NCBI GenBank assembly: GCA_963710455.1
Contig: CAVQAG010000013.1
Span: 149,290-213,289, forward strand
DNA: 64,000 nucleotides
DNA from: an uncultured delta proteobacterium
Lineage (GTDB): Bacteria > Desulfobacterota > Binatia > Binatales > Binataceae
Direction: 5' to 3'
Shown piece after piece: positions 57,090-64,000 of the stretch. Each line of letters begins with the position of its first letter. Position 1 is the stretch's first letter. The notes beneath the pieces are model-generated. The model did no database searches, was not told the origin of the DNA, and saw nothing but the letters and a program-made list of their open reading frames with translations. The position numbers and the translations under genes are program-made.

Positions 57090-58943
57090 CTAGCTCTCGC
57101 CGTTGTCTGCGTCGGCGGTTTCGGCGAGCGCGCGCGGGGCCTGAGCGCTGCGGTACGAGCACTCGAACATGCCCGCGCCGCGAAGCTCTGCGCCATGATC
57201 GCCGATACCGAATCGGGCGAAGCCGAGCGAGGTTAGAATTCGGCTTTGTGCTGGCCCGGGCCGCGAGAGCATCACGAAGCTCAGCACTTCGCCGTCGATA
57301 GCAAGCCCATAGCTGTCCTCGGGCGAGCGCAGTAGCGCGCTGATTCGACGCGGCGGCCGCCTGGGAGCTGCGGACGTTAGTTTCAGCCGCTCGAGGTTTG
57401 CGTCAGTCCATCGTTCACGATCGAGAACGCGTGCGCTCGTCCTTGCAGCGCCCGTATCGTCGGTAAGCGTTCGCGCCTCGACGGCCCGCGGTGAGGATTC
57501 ATCGGGAAAGGCAGCCCAGATCATTCGCCGTTCGTTGAAGGCGCCGGTGCCGATTCCGACGAACGAGCGCCCGAGGCGCCCCACGGCCTCAACGCGATGC
57601 GTCGCGCCGGCTAGCGAACAGTGGCCGGTGATGCGGCCATAAATGCCGTCGCCGTGCTCCGGACGACCAATCCATTCCACCAGCATTTCCGTTCGCGGTT
57701 GTGCGGACGCGCCGCCGGCGGGCCAGACCTCGAACTCCACGTGAAGCTCCATCGCCTCCTGCAGCGAGGCCTTTGCGAGCGCGTGTTCGACGCTCAGATA
57801 CGCGGTGCCGTCTTCGACCACGACCGCCGGCCCGGCAAAATCAAAGCGCAACCGGCCGTCCTGCATTTGCAACGCCAGTGGTCCGAGGGTCAGGCTGTGT
57901 GCCGAGCGTGCCACCCGACCCTCGGCCGTGAAGAGCGCGATTCGCTCGCGGCCCGCGACCGCCATCACGCGCGCGCCTGCCGCGCCGGCGCCGAGATCAA
58001 AGCTTGCCATCGCGCCTATCTGGGTCGACGCATCGTAAAACTCGACTCCGACTCGCAGTGGTCCCCTCAACGGCTCCTGAACAGCGCGCCGGGGTGCAGG
58101 CGAAGGGACCTCGACCGTGCGGATGATCTCGATACGCCTGAGGCGATCGGCCCGACTCGCGCGCGAACTGGCGGCCGCAAGATCGCATCGCGCGAACGAC
58201 TCGGCGATTGCGGCGATAGTCTCGGTACGGAATCGGCCGGGCATTCGCAGCGCCACCGAAAGCTCCAGCTGGACGGCTTCCAGCGCCCCGCGCGCGTTGA
58301 GCGCGGCCAAGCGCCTTAGCGCGCCGACCGGGCTCGCGGCGTGCCGCCGGGTGAACGCCTGCAGCAGATTGTTGGCGCCGGCGCCCGGGTAGCGCAGGCC
58401 GAAGGTGGGTTCGATTTCGCTGCGGTGAAGCGCTTGTACGAAATCGAGCAACGGCCCGTTGACAAATGCGTCGCTGGCGGAAACGTGCGCACCGCATGCC
58501 GGCAACAGAGTCCCGTTGGTCGACTTGACGCCGATACCCACGTCGACGCGCGGCTCGATAACGTTCCATCCGTGGATCAACAAAACCACCGCGCGTCCGC
58601 TGCGCTCCACGATTCGCTCCAGCCGCGTCGCGATAAGCTCGAGCAGCCATGGCGCCTCGCTCATTACCTGGCTCAGGCGGTTGAGGTCGAGCCGGTTGCG
58701 ATCCATCCCGGCGTTGATGATTGCGCCTGCGCCGAGGCGATGCGCCAGCTCCCGCGTGATATCCGCGGTATGCAAATCGTTGACCTTGGGATGGAGCATC
58801 GCGCGCGTCGCCGGGCCGGCATGGCCGCCGTGAGGCGCAATCAGCAGCACCGGAGCTTCGCCGTCGGGCGTCTGAAGCCATCGCGCGGCTTTTGCGGCGA
58901 TGGTCTCGTCAATGAGATGCGAGTCTGCTGTCGACTTTGCCAT
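57090..58943 (-). CDS. two-domain protein: N-formylglutamate-amidohydrolase/PghP-like N-domain plus uncharacterised C-terminal region
   Basis: ATG at 58943 overlaps the pcs stop (TGATG). N-domain motifs LLIAPHGGH, MDRNRLDLNR and VVLLIHGW resemble the FGase/PghP zinc-hydrolase superfamily. No match recognised for the roughly 350-aa C-terminal part. The 5' 705 nt of ORF-track entry 57090-59648 were discarded. Confidence 0.55.
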   Translation of the reverse strand: MAKSTADSHLIDETIAAKAARWLQTPDGEAPVLLIAPHGGHAGPATRAMLHPKVNDLHTADITRELAHRLGAGAIINAGMDRNRLDLNRLSQVMSEAPWLLELIATRLERIVERSGRAVVLLIHGWNVIEPRVDVGIGVKSTNGTLLPACGAHVSASDAFVNGPLLDFVQALHRSEIEPTFGLRYPGAGANNLLQAFTRRHAASPVGALRRLAALNARGALEAVQLELSVALRMPGRFRTETIAAIAESFARCDLAAASSRASRADRLRRIEIIRTVEVPSPAPRRAVQEPLRGPLRVGVEFYDASTQIGAMASFDLGAGAAGARVMAVAGRERIALFTAEGRVARSAHSLTLGPLALQMQDGRLRFDFAGPAVVVEDGTAYLSVEHALAKASLQEAMELHVEFEVWPAGGASAQPRTEMLVEWIGRPEHGDGIYGRITGHCSLAGATHRVEAVGRLGRSFVGIGTGAFNERRMIWAAFPDESSPRAVEARTLTDDTGAARTSARVLDRERWTDANLERLKLTSAAPRRPPRRISALLRSPEDSYGLAIDGEVLSFVMLSRPGPAQSRILTSLGFARFGIGDHGAELRGAGMFECSYRSAQAPRALAETADADNGES

Positions 58944-59545
58944 CACGCTCCGCGGCGATAGCGCCTGAGCCTCATCGCCGCGCGTGCGTGGAGGATGAAC
59001 GAGGCAATTAGATAGTACGCGATGAACGCGAGGGAAGCGGAGAGCAGTACCGGATGCGACGCCGGGAGCTCCGCCAGCAACCCCAGCGTGATTATACCCC
59101 ACGCGATCGCGAGCGTGAGGGTTACCGCGCGCAGCGGCCCGGTGCGATTTGGATAGATGTACTTGATCGGCACGAACACCATCACGGCAAAAACCGCGAC
59201 GATTACTGTGCCGGTAAGCGCTCCGAATTGGAGACAATAGAGGTAAAATGCGACCAGATTCCAGTACGACGGAAAGCCGCGGAAGTAGTGATCGTCGGTC
59301 TTGGCCTCGACATGGCAAAATCCGTAACCGCTCGCCACCATCACCAGGCCGCCGACCAGATAGCCGATAAGCCCGGGCTCGAGGATTCCCGCGCGCAGCA
59401 TCAGGAAGACCGGCGCGAGCACGTAGGTCAGGTAATCGACGATGTTGTCGAGCAGGGCGCCGTCGAAGTGGGGGATGCGCCGGCGCACTTCGAGCAGGCG
59501 GGCGAGGGGGCCGTCGCTGGAGTCGATCGCGGTCGCGGCCGCCAT
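58943..59545 (-). CDS. pcs: phosphatidylcholine synthase (CDP-alcohol phosphatidyltransferase family); true start probably upstream of 59545
   Basis: DGPLAR...FDGALLDNIVDYLTYVLAPVF and KTDDHYFRGFPSYWNLVAFYLY closely parallel rhizobial Pcs as recalled. A conserved N-terminal helix (CAWGVHLYTALGAVAGLV) is encoded in frame upstream of the first ATG. Confidence 0.8.
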   Translation of the reverse strand: MAAATAIDSSDGPLARLLEVRRRIPHFDGALLDNIVDYLTYVLAPVFLMLRAGILEPGLIGYLVGGLVMVASGYGFCHVEAKTDDHYFRGFPSYWNLVAFYLYCLQFGALTGTVIVAVFAVMVFVPIKYIYPNRTGPLRAVTLTLAIAWGIITLGLLAELPASHPVLLSASLAFIAYYLIASFILHARAAMRLRRYRRGA

Positions 59546-59708
59546 CGCGATGAAGCTCGCGCGAAAATCGCCCCGCGCGGCGTAATCGATGGAAACCAGC
59601 CCGGCGACCGCGCCGAGCGCCGTGTACAGATGTACGCCCCAGGCGCAAAGCCGCAGCCAGTGCTCGCGCGCTAGCGCTTCGGCGTCGCGATCCGCCCGCG
59701 CGGCCGGC

Positions 59709-60242
59709 TCACTTGCCGGGCTTGTGATCGCGCGGTCCGAAGTAGTCCTCCAAAATCGTCATGAACGGGCCGCAGGTGCGGCGCGACTTGACGTGTGCGC
59801 AAGCCTCGTCGAGCGACATCTCGCCGTGCGCGCGCAGATATGCGATCGCAAGCGTCGGCGCCCGGTTAAGCCCGGCGTTGCAGTGCAGGTAAACGCGCTC
59901 ACCGGCGCTGATAAGGGTCGCCAGCGCACCGAGCGTGTCGGCGAGCCGCTCGGCCATCGCGTCTGCGCTGCCGTCCTGGATCTGCGTGCGGACGAATTTG
60001 ACTCCACTTGCGCGACAGGCCTCGGCAAGCTCACGCTCGCGCAATCCATGGAGCGCGAGATCCTCATCGTCCTGAAGATTGTGAATCGCAGTTACGCCGA
60101 ATTCCGATTTGAGCCACGCAATATCGTCGGGCCGGGGAAATTCGCCAACCAGGAGTCCGGGAGAAATCTCGGTCACCGAGGGACGGCCCTTGAGGCGCGT
60201 CGCGTTGGTCTGATGCTCGGGTCGTTTGCTGAACCAATCCAT
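59709..60242 (-). CDS. dual-specificity (Cys-based) phosphatase-fold protein
   Basis: Active-site loop VYLHCNAGLNRAPT (HCxxGxxR) and upstream Asp-containing loop. 177 aa. Confidence 0.8.
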   Translation of the reverse strand: MDWFSKRPEHQTNATRLKGRPSVTEISPGLLVGEFPRPDDIAWLKSEFGVTAIHNLQDDEDLALHGLRERELAEACRASGVKFVRTQIQDGSADAMAERLADTLGALATLISAGERVYLHCNAGLNRAPTLAIAYLRAHGEMSLDEACAHVKSRRTCGPFMTILEDYFGPRDHKPGK

Positions 60243-60382
60243 CGGTTGTGAGTGTCGGGTTGAGCCGGCGTGCCGGGCCGTACCGCGATCATAATTTTAG
60301 CCTATGAACCCGTGGCTTCTATAGCGGAAAATCGCGATCCTCCACAGGCGGGCGGCAGCGCACATCGGCGCGCGCTGCTCAA

Positions 60383-63300
60383 TCAACCCTTGGCGCGGCG
60401 GCCGCTGCGGGCGGAAGCGCGGCGCGGCCGATTTGCGGCGCGCGGCTCATCGGCCGCGTTTCCTGCCGGCTCTGCTGTTTCTTCCCGTATCGGCGCCGCG
60501 CCGCCGTCATCGCCGTGCACGTCCTGTTTGCGCTTGGGGCGTCTGGCCGCGCTGGACGCGGGCATCCGCTCGCCCAGTGCCAGCACCGCCGCGCGCATCG
60601 CGTCGGCGAGTTTGCGATAGGCGCCGGTACCCTCGGCATTGTCGGCGAGTGAGCGCAACTCTGCGTTGGTAATTATGCGGCCAATCCGGACTTCAACCGG
60701 ATGGCGATGCGGGATTATGCTGCCCTTGCCGAGGACCTCGTAAGTGCCGCTGATCCGCACCGGCAGCACGTCGCATCCGCCGCGCAGCGCAAGGTACCCG
60801 GCGCCGCTTTTGAACTCGTGAATCGCGCCGTCGGGTGAGCGGGTGCCCTCGGGGAACATCAGGACGCTACGCCCGGCATTGAGCTCGTCGATTGCGTCGT
60901 CGAGCGAGTCGAGCTGTGCGCGCTCACGGTCGAACGGAATCAGCCGGGTGAAGTTGCTGACCACGAAGCGGCGGGCGTTGGTGTTGAAGAAATAATCCTT
61001 GGCGGCGAGTACCACCAGCTCGCGGCCCGGCGCACCGAGCGCATAACTCGCGAGTGCGAAGTCGAGATGACTCGCGTGATTGGCGACCACCAGGAAGTTG
61101 CGGTTGGCAGGCACATTGCCGCGGCCCAGCACGCGTGGCTGCAGCCATCCGTCAAACGCGATGCGCTGCGCGCCGCGAAACGCCGCTTCGCCCAGGCGCT
61201 TGAGCGCGCCCGGCAAGGCCGGCGTGAACGGCTCGGCGAAGCGCGCGTACGACGGCAGGCGCGGGCGGTTCTGTCCCTGGCCTACAGCGCGCTGCAGATC
61301 GTCGACTGTGCGGAGGTCGCCCAGCTCCGCGGGAGTCAGCTCGCGCTCGGCGTGAGCCGCTATATGCTCGGCCAGCTCGGCCATCGCGAGCGAGTCAAGC
61401 CCGAGGTCTTCGATGAGGCGAGTCGCGGGCGTGATGCTCTCGATACCGCTCGAGACTTGCGCGAGCGCCTGGGCGAGCCACGGCTCGACTTCGGAGCTGA
61501 TCGCCGCGCGCTCCTGCGCGTGGGTTTCGAGCATCTGCTCGAGAGTCTTTACGACCTCTAGGCGGATGACCTTGCGCGTCCGAGTGCGCGGAAGCTCGGA
61601 GTCGATGAAGCGCAGGATGCGAACGCGTTTGTGCGGGCTCAGGCCGGCGCCGATTTTTTCGAAATGAGTGCGCAGGTTGTCTTCCACCGCGCGGCGGCTT
61701 TCGCCGCGCGCATAGGCCGGCACCACCAGTGCGGCGGCCTGCTCGCCCTGGGCGACCTTGAGGCCGACGATCGCAAGTTCCTTGATGAACGAGGAGTGTC
61801 CGTAAACTTCCTCGAGTTCGTCGATATAAATATTGTTGCCGCCGGAATCGACGATCACATCCTTGGCGCGGCCGACGATATAGAGCCGGCCGTCTTCGTC
61901 GAGGCGGCCAAGGTCTCCGGTGCAGAGCCATCCGTCGTGCAGCACTTCGTCGGTGGCGGCTTTGTTGTGGTAGTAACCCGCCATCACGTTCGGTCCGCGC
62001 GCGAGGATCTCGCCCACCGTGCCGTTGCCGCTTGAGTGCAACTTGATCTCGACCCCGTTAAGCGGCTTGCCGACTGATCCCGCTGCGAGCGGTTCGTCCG
62101 GGCGCGCGACGCACAGCACCGGCGCCGCCTCGGTCAGTCCGTAACCTTCGAGCAGCTTTATCCCGATGTCGTTGAAGAAGCTGGCGACGCGCTGCGGCAG
62201 CGCAGCGCCGCCGCTTACCGCAAGCCGCAGCCGCCCGCCAAGCGCGGTATGGGCCTGGCGAAAGAGCAGGGCGCCGGCGTTGAGACCCCACTCGCTATCG
62301 AACCTGCGATTCAGATCGCGCAGGCGATCGAACAGTGCGTGGAGGAACGGACCTTGCGCCTCAACGCCGTCGACGATGCGGCGATGCACGGCCTCCCACA
62401 ATGCCGGGACGCCGACCACCGCGGTCGGCCGCACGTCGGCGAGTGTCCGTGCAAGACTCGCGGCGTCCACTCCGAGCGGATAGACCACCGTCGCGCCGAG
62501 CGCGAGCGGCAACAACATCCCGCAGGTGAACTCGAAGGTATGATGGAGCGGGAGCAGCGAAAGCACCACATCCGAGGAATCGAGGGTAAAAACCCGCGCG
62601 AGCATCGCGACTTCGGCAGCGAAATTCCCGTGGGTCAACATCACGCCTTTAGGCGCGCCGGTGGTGCCCGAGGTGAACACGATCGAGGCGAGCGTCTTGC
62701 GCTCGGTGGCGTGCCGCGCGTCGGGCCGTCCCTTGAGCACGAATGGACGGCTGAGCTCGGCGAACCCGAGCTCGACGATCTCGCTGTTGAGCTTGCCCAG
62801 CGCGCCGACCAGGCGCTTGGCGACCGCCTCCGAACATAGCGCCGCGGTCGGCGTGGCGATGCGGCAGATGGGCGCCAGCTCGTCGGGCGAAATCAGATGG
62901 TCCAGCGGCACAGCGACGGCACCGGCGGCGAGGATCGAAAAATATGCGAGCACCCACTCGGGCGAGTTCTCGCCGATAAGCAGCACGCGATCGCCTACCT
63001 TGACCCCGCGCATTCCGAGCAGCAGACCGGCGCGATGCGCACTGTCGCGCAGCTCGCGAAAGGTGGTTGTGATGCGCTCGCCCGAGGGCTGGCGCGCAAC
63101 CAGCGCGGGCCGCGAACCATAGCGCTCGGCGGCGCGGTCCAGCATTTCAGCCAGCGTGCGATGGCGCGCCGGAGCGCTAGGGCGGCCGCGCGTATGCAGA
63201 TCGAGCGAGCCGAAAATGTGCCGGCGCAGTCCCGGCAGATGCACTTTTATCCAGTAGTCCGCCCAATCGATACGCTCGGGCGCATAGGGATGGCGTTCCG

Positions 63301-64000
63301 CGTCCGCGGGAGTGAGGGATTTATAGAGCGCGCGGATATTGGTGCCGTGGAAAGTATAGACCAGCTCCTGGATATACGGGCGATAGACTTCGACCAGCTC
63401 GCGCGCCATCGCCGTGTTGGCGCCGAACTTGTCGACGCTCTGAGCGAACTTCTTCGCGCGCTCGGAGTCTTCGCCGAGCAGCGTGCGAGCGGCGCCGGCG
63501 CCCTTGCTCAGCAACTCGGGCAGGGTTTGGCTCGCGAGCTCGTACGTGTTCTGCGAGACGACGACCGCTTCCAGGTGCGGTGCGAAGCGGCCCATCGGAC
63601 CGCCCACGCGGCGATGCTCGCGGCGATTGCTGAGCCCGGTCAGTTCGACCAGCCGGCGCATCGGCAGCGGGTTCACGTCCGAGGTGCAGAGCTGGTAGAC
63701 GGGCTTGTGACGCCCGGCGAGCAGCGCCGCGAGAATCGGGATCATCGCGTGCGCCGCAAGATCGACCGGTATAACGTCGAGCACCAGCTCGCCCTTGGCC
63801 GGATAAAAGCGATAGCCGCGGCCGGAAAGATAGGTCAGCGGCGCGCTGGTGTTGACGCCCTGGTTCCATCCCGGGAACGGATCGGAAAGCGCGCTTTCGA
63901 TGATTGAGGGGCGCGCCACCGTGGCGGCGATCGAGTCTTGCGCCGCGAAGACCAGTTGCTCGCCGAGGCTCTTGCTATAGCTGTAAGTGTTGGGCCAACC
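60383..64000 (-). CDS. multidomain lipid enzyme: fatty-acyl reductase (NAD_binding_4-like, partial) / AMP-forming acyl ligase / phosphopantetheine carrier / PlsC-type acyltransferase (5' end outside window)
   Basis: Frame is open to the window edge (GWPNTYSYSKSLGEQLVF...ARPSIIESALSDPFPGWNQG). Ligase motifs TSGTTGAPKGVMLTHGN and GDLGRLDEDGRLYIVGRAKD. Carrier EDLGLDSLAMAEL. Acyltransferase NHASHLD and FPEGTRS. Confidence 0.8.
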   Translation of the reverse strand, partial: GWPNTYSYSKSLGEQLVFAAQDSIAATVARPSIIESALSDPFPGWNQGVNTSAPLTYLSGRGYRFYPAKGELVLDVIPVDLAAHAMIPILAALLAGRHKPVYQLCTSDVNPLPMRRLVELTGLSNRREHRRVGGPMGRFAPHLEAVVVSQNTYELASQTLPELLSKGAGAARTLLGEDSERAKKFAQSVDKFGANTAMARELVEVYRPYIQELVYTFHGTNIRALYKSLTPADAERHPYAPERIDWADYWIKVHLPGLRRHIFGSLDLHTRGRPSAPARHRTLAEMLDRAAERYGSRPALVARQPSGERITTTFRELRDSAHRAGLLLGMRGVKVGDRVLLIGENSPEWVLAYFSILAAGAVAVPLDHLISPDELAPICRIATPTAALCSEAVAKRLVGALGKLNSEIVELGFAELSRPFVLKGRPDARHATERKTLASIVFTSGTTGAPKGVMLTHGNFAAEVAMLARVFTLDSSDVVLSLLPLHHTFEFTCGMLLPLALGATVVYPLGVDAASLARTLADVRPTAVVGVPALWEAVHRRIVDGVEAQGPFLHALFDRLRDLNRRFDSEWGLNAGALLFRQAHTALGGRLRLAVSGGAALPQRVASFFNDIGIKLLEGYGLTEAAPVLCVARPDEPLAAGSVGKPLNGVEIKLHSSGNGTVGEILARGPNVMAGYYHNKAATDEVLHDGWLCTGDLGRLDEDGRLYIVGRAKDVIVDSGGNNIYIDELEEVYGHSSFIKELAIVGLKVAQGEQAAALVVPAYARGESRRAVEDNLRTHFEKIGAGLSPHKRVRILRFIDSELPRTRTRKVIRLEVVKTLEQMLETHAQERAAISSEVEPWLAQALAQVSSGIESITPATRLIEDLGLDSLAMAELAEHIAAHAERELTPAELGDLRTVDDLQRAVGQGQNRPRLPSYARFAEPFTPALPGALKRLGEAAFRGAQRIAFDGWLQPRVLGRGNVPANRNFLVVANHASHLDFALASYALGAPGRELVVLAAKDYFFNTNARRFVVSNFTRLIPFDRERAQLDSLDDAIDELNAGRSVLMFPEGTRSPDGAIHEFKSGAGYLALRGGCDVLPVRISGTYEVLGKGSIIPHRHPVEVRIGRIITNAELRSLADNAEGTGAYRKLADAMRAAVLALGERMPASSAARRPKRKQDVHGDDGGAAPIREETAEPAGNAADEPRAANRPRRASARSGRRAKG

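Noticed and set aside
58944-59648. First 235 codons of the 852-aa ORF 57090-59648
   Set aside because: This part is an Arg/Pro-rich out-of-frame read across pcs, which is well supported in another frame. The real gene starts at the ATG at 58943, overlapping the pcs stop.
1-64000. Scan for CRISPR arrays, rRNA, IS transposases, integrases and phage structural genes
   Set aside because: No regularly spaced short direct repeats were seen. No translation showed transposase (DDE), integrase (R...HxxR...Y) or phage hallmark motifs. The only mobile-element-like signals are the short repeat family and the GIY-YIG stub reported above.

Overview
High-GC bacterial chromosomal segment with about 55 supportable genes. 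Spot counts of single 60-nt lines give about 67% GC in core genes. All functional calls come from motif recognition in the supplied translations; no database search was possible.

Layout:
- 0-13.3 kb, housekeeping: amidohydrolase, acyl-CoA dehydrogenase, a Fur-family regulator, gatCAB, yraN-like, serS, pstCAB-phoU-phoBR (no pstS) and tRNA-Arg(ACG).
- 13.3-23.4 kb, mosaic variable region: two lower-GC segments carrying orphan or fragmentary ORFs, lipoproteins and tiny membrane peptides. These are interleaved with an SDR gene and an amidohydrolase broken by a 1-nt frameshift.
- 23.4-29.9 kb, oxygenase cluster: three LLM-type flavin oxidoreductases, a Baeyer-Villiger monooxygenase and an alpha/beta hydrolase.
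- 29.9-43.1 kb, envelope genes: macAB-like pump, a His-rich periplasmic protein, an APH/ChoK-fold kinase, a lipoprotein phosphoesterase, an orphan HlyD adaptor, a large secreted protein plus lipoprotein, and a vWA-TM-FHA protein.
- 43.3-57.0 kb, housekeeping: ilvB, a CMD-family protein, a D-aminoacylase-like protein, DUF309, ssb, rnj, ftsK, lolA, rimO, a dksA-like gene and mrp. This stretch is punctuated by three copies of a short GTCATCCTGA-type repeat, one of which encloses a GIY-YIG gene stub.
- 57.1-64.0 kb, minus-strand lipid module and the most interesting part of the window. It contains a very large fused reductase / acyl-AMP ligase / carrier / PlsC-acyltransferase ORF that runs off the window edge. 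Downstream of it lie a dual-specificity-phosphatase-fold gene, phosphatidylcholine synthase and an uncharacterised two-domain hydrolase-like gene.

No CRISPR array, rRNA, IS transposase or integrase was seen.
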